Both the position numbers and the translations under genes were made by a program. 64,000 nucleotides of DNA from Octopus vulgaris (lineage: Eukaryota). A model generated the notes under the pieces. It did not search any database, was not told where the DNA came from, and saw nothing but the letters and a program-made list of their open reading frames with translations. The stretch lies in the NCBI GenBank assembly GCA_951406725.2, contig OX597817.1:147622001-147686000 (forward strand), given 5' to 3'. Below are positions 39,364-53,999 of this stretch, in pieces. Positions within the stretch are counted from its first letter, which is position 1, and every line of letters begins with the position of its first letter.

Positions 39364-40313
39364 CCACTGGCCTAAACTATCCCATCAAGCATCGCCCCTA
39401 CAATCACAAGAATGCTAAATGCAGATAATACATTTATCTTCTGCACCATTTTAAAAACATATTCTAAGTCAAGATTTAATTCAATTCTGTGATGCAAACG
39501 TCTTCATTTTCCCCTATCGTCTCATATTTTCATATATTCATAATTTGGTCCATCCATACCATCTATCCATCCATACCTCCCTCCATCCATCCATACATTT
39601 ATTTACTCTTTTAACCCCTCCACTTTCCCATATTCATCCATTCTTTGCCGTCTTTTATCTTCCCTTTGCACTCTTCCCCATCTAACTTACAATTAATTAA
39701 TTTGCGGATTAATATCTCCAGTAATATATCAACCCACCAAAGCCATCTTCATCTTCTCACTCTCCTCTGCATCCATCTTACCTTTCCCCTGATTCCACCT
39801 CTTCCTACGTCCATTCATTAGTTTATTAAATCATTAATTTATTGATTAATTTAACCTATTCCTCTTGTGACTAAAAAGCTAAGTTACGTAATATATAAAT
39901 TACTCTGTTATCTTGTTTTAAAATTTATTATAGTCTTTTTTTCTCTAGTGGTTTCGATAGGTCACTCAGTATAAATTTTTCGCCCCTCACACCTCACTCC
40001 TTCACACAGCTTAACGGTCAATACGTACGAAACTGCCCACACCTCCTTATACGCCACCATATTTTCTTTCTATGTATCACAGATTTCTAGTACACCAGCA
40101 TTAGCTTTCACTACACAACCACCGGACCTGTCAAGTATAAATTATCTGCTATTTCTTACTAAATACGCTCTAAGTCCTCTTTAAAAATTCTCTTTAGGAA
40201 CGAAACTTAACTAACTTGGAAGAGCAATTTAACACACATAGACTATATATGTGTGTATGTATGATGTATGTAGGTGTGATGTATATATGCATGTATGTAT
40301 GCAAGTATATATA

Positions 40314-40359
<46 letters not shown>

Positions 40360-40387
40360 CATATATATATATATATATACATACATA

Positions 40388-40532
<145 letters not shown>

Positions 40533-40616
40533 ATATAGTCAGAATTTTATATTTTCGTATATGCATATATTTCCTTCAATTGTTCTCATGGTAATATATA
40601 TATATATATATATATA

Positions 40617-41028
40617 TTTCTTTACTGCCCACAAGTGGCTAAATGTAAAGGGGACAAACAAGGACAGACAACCGGATTAAGTCGATTACATCGACCCCAG
40701 TGCTAAACTGGTACTTTATTTATCGACCCCGAAAGGATAATAGGCAAAGTCAACCTCGGCGGAATTTGAACTCAGAACGTAACGATAGACGAAATACATA
40801 TTTCTTTACTACTCATAAGGGTCTAAACACAGAAGAGACAAACAAGGACAGACAAACGGATTAAGTCGATTATATCGACCCAGTGCGTAACTGGTACTTA
40901 TTTAATCGACCCCGAAAGGATGAAAGGCAAAGTCGTCCTCTGTGGAATTTGAACTCAGAACTTAAAGGCAGATGAAATATGCTAAACATTTCGCCTGGCG
41001 TGCTAACGTCACTGCCAGGTCGTCGTCT
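40617..41028 (-). mobile_element. SINE family A dimer
   Basis: Two body units plus head. Probable TSD tcatg(g/a)taata at 40586-40596 and 41029-41039. Confidence 0.85.
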
Positions 41029-42785
41029 TCATGATAATAAATATATCATGCGAGTGCTATATGGCTTCCATTTCTACTATCTCTCGTAATTCCATAGAAG
41101 CTCACTCTCTCTGATTTCTTTTAGCTATCAGATACATGAAACTCTTCTTACTAAACTCTGCTATGGAGGTCGTCTTATATTAAAATAAAATGTTTTATCA
41201 ACGGATTTTCGTAATTTATTAAGATATAGAAGTCATATAAGAACATAGTTTATTATCAATGAAGTAATATAAGAAGGCATTTACACATTAAGCTAACCTT
41301 TTTTTACAGTCAATCAGACTCCACAGACTGTATCATGTGACTGTTATATTTACGTAGTCTGTCTTTATTGCTATTTTGTTCGTATTTTCGGGTCGAATTA
41401 TTGCTGTTTCATTTCGAATATCTTTTTTTTTCTGTATTTTTATATCTTCGTCAGAAAAGAAACGGTAACGTCCATTATCTTATTTTAGGATCTCCAAGAC
41501 TGATGGAGCAAAGGGAGAAATGAACTACATCACATTGTGTTATAATCAGGAAGTCGTACTCGTCCGATTTGTGAAGGTGCGTGGCTTCACAACCGCAAAA
41601 TCATGGTTTCGATTCTCGAACAGAGCAGTGTGTTGTGTTCTTCAGCAAAACACTTCATTTCACAAATCAAATATCACTAAAAATAAATAAGTATGTCAAA
41701 GCAACAGATAAAAGGAAAATAAAAGAAAAAGGTGGAAAAAAAAAAGAAAAAGTGTTTTATGTTATGCTGAATAATATCGGAAAATAGAACCTTTTTAGAG
41801 AACATATAACGGTTCAAATAATTGTAATGGTAGACGATAATTAATTGTTGGTTAAATATGATAATAACGGAGATTTTAAAAAGATTAATGGTAATGCATG
41901 TGATGAGGGGCGCATGTAGCCATTCATAACCCCATTATTGTATCTCATCATATTCGTTCTATGAATTGTCCCCTCTGTCGTGTCCCGTCTGTCCTTGTCT
42001 GCCCCCCACTATGTTTGGGCCCTTGTGGCTAATAAAGAAACAGAGCAAAACACTTCATTTCACTTTGCCCCAGTGCACTCAACTCTAAATTGGCAGCCCT
42101 TCGATGGAGTGGCGTTCTATAGAAGGAGGAATGTTGTGATCTTGGTCACTGATACGGAAACATATGTGGAATCTGGGTGACCGCTCCTATGAGTCCTAGG
42201 AATGGTAACAGTAATTTCCAGGGGACTAACTTACTTTACCCTGGTTATTTACAACAGAGTGGACCCTGCTAAAGAAACGTAAATGTTAGGTATTGCTATT
42301 AATAAGTCGTACAACAAATTGGTATCGTTAACTACTTAATTTCTGAGAAGTATTAAAAGCAATATGGTATTTTCATCGCATATTCTATGCGTTATAAAAG
42401 AAATATTCTTCAGTACTTTTCAAAGTACAGTGAATCTGTGTTTTGCTGAGGAATCATAATGAAACCGAAACATTTCCGAAATTATCTCCCTTACTTTACG
42501 AGTTGATTAAAATAGTTCACATACAATTCATGTTGTCTTTTTTTTTCAATGCATAAATATTACTAGTGAGATTTTTGATTTTTCATGCATTAAATACGTA
42601 AACCTTAATTTACCTCTCACACACACGCACATTTACGTACACTTTTAGTTGTTTTTGCCATGCGGCTGCGGTCATACCGGAGCACCACCGTGTTTTTTAC
42701 ATTTTCTCCGTCACCTTTTGAATATTTTCGTACCTCTTGTTATCTCACGTTTTCAATCTCGTACCAGTTTGCTTTCCCCCTTGTT

Positions 42786-42825
<40 letters not shown>

Positions 42826-43604
42826 TTGGGTTAACTACTGACGAGTTATGTGTTCATATTCACTGCTGCAATTCTTTCCTACATTCAGCACCACCAATCA
42901 TTGTGATTTCAAACATCATTTGCGATATTTAAGAGATGAGGAATTACATTATTTTATGTCATTTGAAAATATTGTACTGTTAATTTTTTTCGTTTCCTTA
43001 TGATAATGTCCGCAACTAGTTTGTGAATAATATTACAACAACAAACGCTACGATAACGACCCTGTTTGTCGGTACTGTGGTTCTCTCATACAACGTGAAA
43101 CAATTATTTTTTGGAACAGTGGACCTCCAAGCAGATACAGCTATAAATAGTAGCGTGCAAATATTGACTTCAAGAAACACCCTTGTTTGAACAAGACAAA
43201 TTCTGCCCGTTCTATTCTACCCCTGGAATTAAGAAATTTCTCGAAATTCTCTAGTTACTCAGTCTTTATAGAGAATTATATGTTGACTTTCTCTCGAAAT
43301 ATATAAATTCTTATGATATCATCAACATATAATTCTCACTTATAACAACAATTTTTTTTAAAACGGATAGAGAATTTCGAAGTATTACTTTGGTCCAACG
43401 GTAGAACGTCTGCAAATGATCTGTGTTTAAGTTCTACAGGTAGCATTTGATTTATCTGACCATGGGTTTATAGCCGAACATTTGTACACAACAGCTTTAT
43501 CTGCCTCGGGATTCATCGTTCCACAAAACACACGCGCGCATGTACACACACATACACACACACACACACATACACACACACACACACATACACACAAGTA
43601 TATA

Positions 43605-43955
43605 TAAACAAGACCTCTCAGAGAGCGCAAACCTCCGTCAGGGCAACATCATCATCTCAACGATTAGCTAGAGGAGACATTTAAAATGAGTATATCTGAA
43701 ATAAACTCGACTGCACTCACAAACGAGGTTACTAAAAATGAACCCGACCGCTCTCAAAAGTTAAGTAATAAAACAGGAAAAATAATCCAGAACACTTGTC
43801 CGGTATCGGATTGATCCTAAAATCTTATCAGCTAGTGTCAGTCACGAGAGGTCAAACATCCTTGAACGTTTCATCCGAATCAATCCAGCGGACAAACAAA
43901 CAAACTAACAAACACGACTGAAAACAATACCTCTGCCTTCGCTAAGTCGGAGGTA
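43605..43955. mobile_element. Helentron/DINE-like non-autonomous element
   Basis: Subterminal acctccgtca (43631) is inverted to a terminal hairpin acctctgcctt-cgct-aagtcggaggt (43929-43954), with a (caaa)n tract before the hairpin. Confidence 0.5.
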
Positions 43956-44473
43956 ATAACTGAATATAGGACGGGCTAACAACTTCTGTGTACCAATATC
44001 GCTCACAAGACACTGTTTGGCCTGAGACTTGAATGGAGGACACTTTCCTAAGGTGCATCGCAGTAGGACTGACGACAGAACCACTCGTCTGCGAAACGGT
44101 ATTCGTAAACACACAATAATGGTGCTAAGTTCATTTCGATTGATATGGATGAAGCAAGCAAAGGACGTAAGAGAAGCAAGATTAAGAGATATGTTCATTT
44201 ATTATACAAGTGCCATAGAATTTGAAAGAATTACATAATCATGAGAAGGGAACAACTTTTAAAGAATCATTCGTTCCTGCAAGCAGTGAACAAATGATTC
44301 AAAAGCCAATTTTGCTATAAGAATCTGTACATTATCCTTGGGAAAACGATCTCTTGGAAATCTTCGTTTGATAATGTCACGTGAATAACACGAGATATAT
44401 TTACTTTAATATTAATTATGGTATCAATCGCACTGGCTTCTATAGGTGACTTAATAAACAGCGCGTGGATGTT

Positions 44474-44534
<61 letters not shown>

Positions 44535-44537
<3 letters not shown>

Positions 44538-44661
44538 AGTAGTTGAATGAATTATCTTATTAAGGATAATTCGAAAGATAACCGATACCTGAGTAGTAAA
44601 CATATGTCGAAAATAAAGGAAATTTGTTAACAAGTCGTTCAACTCCATTCTTTCATAAACT
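44535..44661 (+). mobile_element. PLE-like terminal fragment between (TA)n arrays, related to the 17756 hairpin family
   Basis: Hairpin gaattatc...gataattc followed by GAAA (44549-44576). It ends cgttcaactccatt...(TA)n like the 17756 arm. Confidence 0.55.
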
Positions 44662-44689
44662 TATATATATATATATATATATATATAAA

Positions 44690-44720
<31 letters not shown>

Positions 44721-44767
44721 TCAGATCTCTATATGAAGGCCTATCTCTCTCAACGCGTCTATCTACG

Positions 44768-44817
<50 letters not shown>

Positions 44818-45160
44818 GAAGGAGGACGGCATGTATGCAGCTATACTTTCATAACCTTGAAACCCTTAGCATTTACTACTCTTACACAACTCAGAATTCC
44901 AATGAAGGACAATTGCACAATATCAATACATACAATAATACACACAGAGACTAGCACACCCACGTGCGTGCGCACACGCACATATATTCATATGCACATT
45001 TCATTGGCTCTCCAAATATCTGAAAAGATATCACATGTCCGTCCTACGAGTCCACACCACTTTAAGTCTTTTGTAACTGAGTCAAACTGTTATTAAAAAA
45101 TAAATGTGATTACTACCAAATGTATTGGGTGTTGCTTACTTTCCGTTGTTCATCCACTAG

Positions 45161-45214
<54 letters not shown>

Positions 45215-45314
45215 CGTATGTATGTATGTATGTATGTATGTATGTATGTATGTATGTATCTATATATGTATGTATCATGTATCAATCTATCTATCTGTCT
45301 GTCTATTTATCTAT

Positions 45315-45368
<54 letters not shown>

Positions 45369-45428
45369 CCCTCTTTATACACACACACACATATATATAT
45401 ATTATATAATACATACGTGATATATATA

Positions 45429-45473
<45 letters not shown>

Positions 45474-45834
45474 ATAGCTGTGTGTGCGTGTGTATTTGTT
45501 AGTGTTTGTATATACCGTATACACACTAATATTATCTCCACTTTGATATACCTTCATTAACTATTGTTTGGGAAGTTGGCGTCCTGACAGAATCGTTGGT
45601 GCGTCGGATAAAACGCTTAGCAAGATATCTTCCGGCTCTTGCCATTCTGAAATCAAATCCTGCCGAGGTCAACTAAGCCTGTCATCTCCTTAAGATCGAT
45701 AAAATAAAGTAACAGTCAAGTACTGGGGTCGAAGTAGTAGACTCAATGTCTCCTTTTAAAACTGCTGACGTTTTGCCAAAATTAGAGAAAATTAGATATT
45801 GTTTGAGAGCTTAAGACTCCAATAAATAATCGGC

Positions 45835-46235
45835 CGTTCTTTTATTTGTTACTGCGGCCATGATGGGGCGCCGAGCTGAGGAATTTTCGTCCAACGAATA
45901 GGTCCAAGTAATTATTTTGATGGAAGCTTGGTACTCATTGCATCGTTTTCTTTTGCCGAACCACTAAGTTATGAGGACATAAACACACCAGCTTCGGTTG
46001 TCAGCCTCTGGTGGTGGTGAGAGACAATCACGGGCACAAAGACATATACATACACGGACATGCACACACACGCGCACACATACATACACATACATATATA
46101 CAACAGGATTCTTTTGGTTTCTGTCTACTAAATCCACTCACAAAGCTTTGTTCGATTCGAGGTTTTTGAAGAAGATACACGCCCAAGGTGTCACGCGAAC
46201 CCGGAGCCATGTGATTAAGTAGAAAATTTCTTACC
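45835..46235 (-). mobile_element. Old SINE family B copy
   Basis: ttttgccgaaccactaagtt...aaatccactcacaaagctttg...cccaaggtg. Confidence 0.75.
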
Positions 46236-47889
46236 ACACATCCACATCTATGCCTTTATGTGGCTTTCAATTCAATGTATATCGACCCGAGGAGTCACAT
46301 GAAGTGTTGTAGACTTGATGAACCACACATCGGTAATAACCGTTCCATTTGAAAGGAAGCAGGGAAATGGCAGATTCTGTAGAGTGTGCTGAATCCAGAA
46401 CTCACCGAGGGTCATCTTTGACCTTTGCTCCTCCGGGGTCGCTAAAACAAAAATGCCAGTCCAGAGTAGTTAATTGTCAAAGATATTAAAGTGAAAAACT
46501 ATGTTTTGCGGTATTTGTTCTGGGTCTGAATTGCCAATCACATGTGTCGAACTGGTCTGTATCTAATCGACAAGATACTGTATTGAAAAACACTCGAAGG
46601 AAGGCAGCGAAAGACACCTTAATATTTTCACTTTCAAGCTGAATGACAGGTATATAACGCTTGTCATGCGAATTGACAGGAACTGTTAGTCGGTCCGATG
46701 ACGAAATGAAGGAAAAAAAAGAACAGTCTTAAAAAGAAATGACATTTTTGATGCTATAGCTTGAGATGAACCCTGCCTGAAATTGGAGTGAGATAATCGT
46801 GAGAGGGATGAATTTGATTACAGAGCTCCTTGAATTGTTCTGATCTGGGGATAATCTATAATAGCAACAAAAGCTGGCTTTTATAAACAAAATACCAATA
46901 CTACAACAAAGCTATGAATCGAAAATAAGTTATCTTTCTGAAATGGAAGATTTATGACGGAAGAAATAATTATCTGGATAATATTGTTGTTTAAGATGTA
47001 TTTGGTTCTCGTTTAAATTCTGTAGATGACACAGTTCATTTGTAGAATAATGTAGAAATATACGAATGAGTTCGAATTTAATGTCAGCAAAATATGATTG
47101 AATCTAACAGCAGCAATAGTGGTAGTGGTGTTGTCTTTGCCTGTGACTGTAGGGTCATTTAAAGGCTATGTAATTGATCGGAGACAACAATTGACATCAG
47201 CTGCACAAAGAAAATCACAAACGATTGCTCATTTATTAACAACTGTACCATACAACATCAGATTAATATGACAATTAGCCTAGGCACAAATTCTGTGATA
47301 ATAACGAATGTCTACAAGAGCATAATTAATATCTTCTCTATCAAACTCTTCTAATAGAACGACTGCTAGCATTTATTGCGCGATTACCTCTCTAATGTAA
47401 ACACACTACAGGGAGGCCGGTTTTCTTTGCAATTCACTTAACATATGAAGGTGCGCCGTTGAACCGAATACAGAAATGTCACTAGTCTATTAACATCTAA
47501 TTGTTTACTAATGGAGTTCAAATAACATATTGGAAGAATAATTTCAGAACATCTTGCTAGATTATTATAAAAGGATTAATAAGGAATATTGAAGTATCAT
47601 TACTGGTATGAAATGTTTCGTTAATTGTTTTTGCGTTAGTCAAAGAATTTGTATAAATACGCAAAAGATTAATTTCATAAATTATAATTACACATATGTA
47701 AATAAGACAGTTTATTTATTTCAGTGAACAATTTCTAACTTTGGCACTAAACAACACGGTTTGTAAAAGTTTGTTAAAGTCGATTTGGCTTCTCTGAGCA
47801 AAGGTATTTTACCGATGGGTCGGAAACTCCTATAGTCTGCACTAATTTACACTAAGGTACAGCGTTACCTACATTTAGTTTTATTTAAT

Positions 47890-48183
47890 TTTTTTCCGCC
47901 CCTTTCAAGCCTAGCCAGGCTTATGAGCACGGTTTTCCCGGTTTCTGTGGCGTATGTGTTCACCCCAGCTGGACGGGACGCTAGTCCATCGCAGCGTTAC
48001 TTAAGAAACAGGAAGAAAGAGTGAGAGAATGTTGGGGCGAAACAGTACAACAGGGATCCCCCCTCCTCCCGACGGAACATCGTGGAGCTATAGGTGTTTT
48101 CGCTCAATAAAAACACACAACGCCTGGTCTGGGAATCGAAACCGCAATCCTGCTGCCCCAACCACGGGGCCATTGCGCCTCCA
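47890..48183 (-). mobile_element. SINE family C head with V-domain-like tail
   Basis: Family C head. Minus-strand ctgcgatggactagcgtcccgtccagc resembles the V-SINE core (recalled consensus). Confidence 0.75.
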
Positions 48184-48720
48184 CATTTCATTTAATTATT
48201 TAAGTAAATTTAATATTTAGGAAATTTAGACTTTGTTGATCAAGGTGACAACCCCTGATTTGGAAACATCAGAAATATGGGAAGGCTTTGAAACAAAGGG
48301 TTCCAGAAAATCGATCTTACCTGTACTTGATAAAAAAATATCAGCATTAAAAAGACGAAATAGGAAGACTGTTGTTATGTGTGCGTATGTGAGTATGTAA
48401 TTTGAAAATTATAGCAATTTCATAGAGGAAGCTTTACATATTTGACAAGTAGTTATTTTTTCTTTTCTATTATACGTACAAAGCCTGGAATTGGTGTAGA
48501 GTGGGATCGTCGATCACATCAACCCCAGTGCTTAACTGGTACTTAAATTATCGACTCGAGGAAGGATGAAAGGAAAAATCAATCGCGGCGGAATTTGAAC
48601 TCAGAACATATATGTGGGCGAAATACTTCTAAGGCATTTCGACCGGCGTGCTAACGATTCTGCCAGCTCGCCGCCTTTGACAGTTATTTAACGCCTGTAG
48701 ACATACATGCGTATGTATGC

Positions 48721-48763
<43 letters not shown>

Positions 48764-48832
48764 ATACATACGCGTATGCACATACACATATGCATTAACG
48801 CGTATATACACAGGCGCATACCCACACGTATG

Positions 48833-48888
<56 letters not shown>

Positions 48889-48889
48889 T

Positions 48890-49040
48890 TTGTTTATTTA
48901 TTATTATAAATATTTAATAAAGGTAACAGAATGAGTCAACGACCAAGAGTTTCGTTTGTTGGCACTTGATAAGTGTCAACGCCCGTTAGTATCGGACCTT
49001 GGGTCACTCTGTTACTTCTGCTAAATATTAATAAAAATAT
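48890..49040 (-). mobile_element. Old fold-back fragment with decayed hammerhead next to (TA)/(CA) repeats
   Basis: Inverted arms gtaacagaatgagtcaa / ttgggtcactctgttac. Minus strand CTAACGG-..gttgacact/agtgccaac..-GAAA-ctcttg-GTC. Confidence 0.45.
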
Positions 49041-49164
49041 ACATATAGTCATATTTTGAGTTCTGTTTTCCTGTTTGTACCAGTATATGTATATACATAT
49101 GTGTGCGTGTGTGTGTATGCCTGAGTGTGAGTATGTGTGTCTCCGTGTGAGAGTGTATGTATAT

Positions 49165-49460
49165 TGTTTGTTCCTTCTCGAGCCATGCCTGGCTCATAAG
49201 GGCCGGTTTTCCGGTTTCCTTGTCGTACAGGGTCCCGACCTGGACGAGACGCCGGTCCGTCGCAGGTGAGCTGCAAGATGCAGGAGGAAAGAATGAGAGA
49301 AAGTTGTGGCGAAAGAGACAGCAGAAGTTCACCCTTACCTTCTGCCGCGTGAGGCTTAGGTGTTTCGCTCATAAACACACACATCGCCCGGTCTGAGATT
49401 CGAACCCGCGATCCCTCGACGGCGAGTTCACTGCTCTAACCACTAGGCCATGTGCCTCCA
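49165..49460 (-). mobile_element. Family C-related SINE with V-domain-like tail, with TSD
   Basis: tRNA-like head and ctgcgacggaccggcgtctcgtccagg. TSD tgtatgtatat at 49154-49164 and 49463-49473. Confidence 0.8.
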
Positions 49461-49854
49461 CATGTATGTATATATTCCCATGATATTCCTCTTTCAACGA
49501 TCATTCCCGCAAACTGCTCGCTGAAAATGGAAGATTAACTAAGATTTCCTTCTTTTTTGTTGCTACAATTCATTACCTTGTGCAGATGTGGTTATGGTAC
49601 TAATAATTCATATATTTCAAATAGGGGAAACGAGGAACAAATCTAGTATAATACAGTGTGTTGTATTCGACTTTCGATAACAACTTTTGTGAATCAAACA
49701 TATCACAGTTTTGCAAAATTCATTCCAGCAGACGACGAGTGAGGGATATGACTGTCCACATGCATTACCCATTGCAAAGAAAACATTTCGGAACAGAACT
49801 AATGCAGACTACATTCAATTTGCGCACAAAGGAAAGTTATATTGGTTTCAAAAT

Positions 49855-50850
49855 TATCTGTCTTTACGATCTGAGTTCAAATTCCGCCGAGGTCAACTTT
49901 GCCTTTCATCCTTTCAGGGTCGATAATAAATTAAGTACCAGTTACGCACTGGGGTCGATATAATCGACTTAATCCGTTTGTCTGTCCTTGTTTGTCCTCT
50001 CTGTGTTAAGCCCCTTGTGGGTAGTAAAGAAATAGTTATTTCGTCTGCCGCTACGTTCTGAGTTCAAATTCCGCCGAGGTCGACTTTGCCTTTTATCCTT
50101 TCGGGGTCGATAAATTAAATACCAGTTGCGTACTAGGGTCGATCTAATCGACTGGCCCCTTTCCCAAAAATTTCGTGCCTTGTGCCTAGAGTAGAAAAGA
50201 ATAATAAAGAACATTTATTCCTTGTTAATATTTTCAATTGTGTAAGGCGGCTAGCTGGCAGAAACGTTAGCACGCCGGGCGAAATGCGTAGCCGTATTTC
50301 GGCTGCCGTTACGTTCTAAGTTCAAATTCCGCCGAGGTCGACTTTGACTTTCATCCTTTCGGGATGGATTAAATAAGTACCAGTTACGCACTGGGCTCGT
50401 TATAATCGAATTTAATCCGTTTGTCTGTCCTTGTTTGTCCTCTCTGTGTTTAGCCCCTTGTGGGTAGTAAAAAAATAGGTATTATGTCTGCCGTTACGTT
50501 CTGAGTTCAAATTCCGCCGAGGTCAAATTTACCTTTCATCCTTTCGGGATCTATTAAATAAGTACCAGTTACACACTGGGGTCGATATAATCGACTTAAT
50601 GTCCTTGTTTATCCCCTCTATATTAAGCCCCCTGTGCGCAATAAAGAAATAAGAATTGTTAGCGCGCCGGGCAAAATGCTTAGCGGCATTTCGTCTGTCT
50701 TTATATCCTGAGTTCAAATTCTGTCGAGATCTACTTTGCCTTTCATCCTTTGGTGGTCAATGAAATATGTACCAGTTGAACACTGAGGTCGATGTAATGG
50801 ACATATCCCCCACCCCGGAATCACTGGCTTTATATGAAGGTTTCAAACCA
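49855..50850 (+). mobile_element. Cluster of SINE family A concatemers (about 5 body units)
   Basis: Repeated gagttcaaattccgccgagg..gcctttcatcc..taccagtt units, with one head at 50244. Confidence 0.9.
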
Positions 50851-51545
50851 GCTTTAAAAATAGTAACGTTCACTTTCCAAAATAAGTTTACCAGAATATC
50901 CTAAAACCAAATAATCTCACGATTCAAACTTTCTTCTAAGTATTTTAGACTAAAACAAATTAACTAGTTCTTGTTCTTCCAATATATTCCTCTTTTTATT
51001 TCCTTGTTTTTCTTCCTATACATCGGTTTTGTTATGACTTGTATATATATATATTTATATACTTGGTTAATAATGTTTATAACTGTTTGTCGCTTCATAT
51101 AATTATATATGTTTTTTCTTTATTTGAATATATTTTACACCTGAGTTATTTAACATTTATCAAGAAAAGCACTATTTCAACACATAATAAAGTGTTACAA
51201 TCAGAAAGAAAAAAGTACCAGAATTAAAAAAAAAATTGATGTTCTATTTTACACCAAGCGCAAGAATACTGAGTGGAACACTAAAAAATAACGTTAAGAG
51301 TCCAATATGTTTAACCCCTGGCAATAGGAAACCCAGTGCTGTTTTTTTTTTTTTTCTGGGACGAAATGAAGAAAATTTTAAGAATATTCTCAAATGTTAT
51401 CTTTTTCGAAAGACTGGAGTCTGAAAATTTGGCTTTTGTTTTGTTTCTCAAGGCAGCCAGACTAAACGTCAATAAAAATTCAAAGTTCGTTATTTTGACT
51501 GATGATTCCTGATTTTTGCTGATTAATGATAACACAGTTATCATT

Positions 51546-51765
51546 CCCTTTTGTTACTGTATTTATTTTGAGATGCACTGTGTTTCTTTCAATCATTTCA
51601 AATTTAACAGAGAATTTAGTAAATTAACTTAGTTATCATTAAGCTAGTGTTAGGAACATAAATTGTGACTAAAGTTTGGTGGAAGATTTTAATTCAAAAC
51701 TTATGAAAACAAGACATTTGTACTCAGAGCCAGAACTGGTTTCAGCTGGGTTGGTATTGAAAGGG
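51546..51765. mobile_element. piggyBac-type MITE (family 1), older copy
   Basis: Colinear with the 23637 and 28760 copies. Right end gaaaggg|TTAA. Confidence 0.85.
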
Positions 51766-52549
51766 TTAATGTTTGAACTTCAGAAAATGGTAACTGGAAC
51801 ACTCAGAACAAATTGAAGGTGATAACATAATGCTTTACTGTGGTGGAGTATTTCTGCAGTGAAACTTAATTAAGTTATACACTGTCTAGAATGTAAATAT
51901 CACCGGTTGATACTAAAACAGTTTACAATTATACATTCTTACCAAAATACAACTGTTTCCTTGACCTAGATTGGCTAACGTACCAATATGGTAATAATTT
52001 GATTAATTTTTCAAACGTATTTCAAACTGATCAGGAATGCAGTCTTTGTTTTGGTCTGGACAGTCTCAAGATATGAAAGATATTAAAATATTATGGCGGA
52101 CCATTAAGTCGAATTTGAATTTATTCATATTTAAAGCGTTCGTTATATTTGCTATGGTACAAAATGAAGGATAAAGTTAATAGAGCTTACGTTATTGGCT
52201 ACATTATCCCTCAGTACGATTTAAAAGATTAACAGATTTCAAGATAATCATCCCAGAAGTATCAGTTATAAAATTTTGGTTCTGGATATACATAAATTCC
52301 ATTTATTAAATCTAGTTTCAACAAAAAATTATCAGATTTTGCCATCGTATCTGATTTTTCAATAAATGTTAAATAGAAAAAAATACATTTATAATTAAAA
52401 CAATAAAAGATAATGGAAACAATAAAAGTTCAATGTTTTGCATATAATTGTGATTTTTGGATTTTTCAAAGATAGTCAGATGTCATATAAATGTTTGACA
52501 GCTTTTGCTCCCTCACTTATTACGATGAGGAACTGAAAAAAAAATAAAA

Positions 52550-52750
52550 CAGTATATTTGAAATTCATTTATGAAAACGTGGAAAAAACTGTGGAAAATT
52601 TCTATGTTAATCTTTGTGAAATTCATTTGTAATTTTTGTGAAATTCTTTTGTAATTTTCCTTTTTGTGAAATTCATTTATGAAAAAAGAAAAAAAGACTG
52701 TCGAAATGTAACCACTCGACATCGGGGGTCGAGTGGGCATTACGCTTCAT
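52550..52750 (+). mobile_element. Possible Helitron 3' terminus
   Basis: GC-rich hairpin ccactcgac..gtcgagtgg (52712-52736) after tgaaattc repeats. The terminal CTRR is not intact. Confidence 0.35.
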
Positions 52751-53861
52751 TATTATATCTTTTCATATTTCATTCGTTTTCTTTAATTTTTTCTTCTTAA
52801 ATTCATCCCCTTTTGTACTTTAAGTTCCCCGAATGTGTTGTCCGATCTTTGTATAGTCCCTTGTGGATAATAAAAAAAACATCTTACTTATTATGATGCC
52901 TTGTTGAATAGGCTCCCTTCGCAGATCCATGCTTATGAAATAGTTTAGGAATAGTATCAAGTCTGAAGTTGAGAATTTAGGTCTTCCAATTAAAAGTTAA
53001 TACATCCAAGATAACGAAACCAATCATGTTATCATCTGGCCTGTTACTAATTCGAAATTTTTATATGACTATCATAGTTTAGTTTAGCAAAAATAATTAG
53101 CCTCAAATTTATTCATTCATTTCCTCTAATTGTAATTATTCGAGAGTTTTCTAATTTATTTTGAAATAAAAATACTGTCATTCCAGCTAGATTCATTTTC
53201 AACAGTAATTCGTATAACGGCAGTATTTGAGACTTCCTCTATTTCATTTGTCATGTGAGATCTGAAAAAATACCATAATATTCTACATTCGTTTAATTGC
53301 AAATCAATGTTGCTTTGATCTTTAGCACGAACTTCAAATCCAATATCCCCCAAAATATTTCTGGACGTGATTATATATTTCAGTTCTACTTCGGACATAT
53401 ATGGAGAAACCAAGGAAAGTTGGTAAAACTACAAAAAACTAAATAATTAGTAATAAGGAGTGTTCAGTCAAGACCAAATTTCACAAAGGTTTTATGCTGA
53501 AGCTAATAAAGAACTAAACACAAACTATTGCTTATTCATATACTTAAACACTTTTTATTTTTAGCTAGAGACAATATTGCGTATTGTTTGAGAGAATTGT
53601 ACCTAAATTTACCAAGGTATAAAATTCATGCAGCAACCATTATTCAATCGTAGGGCTTTCATGGTTCTTCAAAAGAGTATTCGCAAGACAATCTTCAGAT
53701 GAAATACCATTTACTTGAATTAGACTCTGTCTTTTTTTTTCTATGTCGAACTTCGAATAATGATCACAATCTCCGATGTTACTAAACTGACTGTTTTTAT
53801 AAACACTTGTTTTTCTCCTTTAAAGTAAAAGAGATATATGTGCGCGCGTGTGGTGTTTATG

Positions 53862-53948
<87 letters not shown>

Positions 53949-53999
53949 CAGAGAAGAGATTACTGGTCACAATGGTTTATGGCAGGTGATTCTACTCTA

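Noticed and set aside
40165-40215. gtcct...aggaac-GAAA possible hammerhead half
   Set aside because: No recognisable CUGANGA or stem I/III pairing.
49855-50850. Regularly repeated units resembling a CRISPR array
   Set aside because: The units are ~150-170-bp SINE bodies with no unique spacers, there are no cas genes, and the context is eukaryotic.
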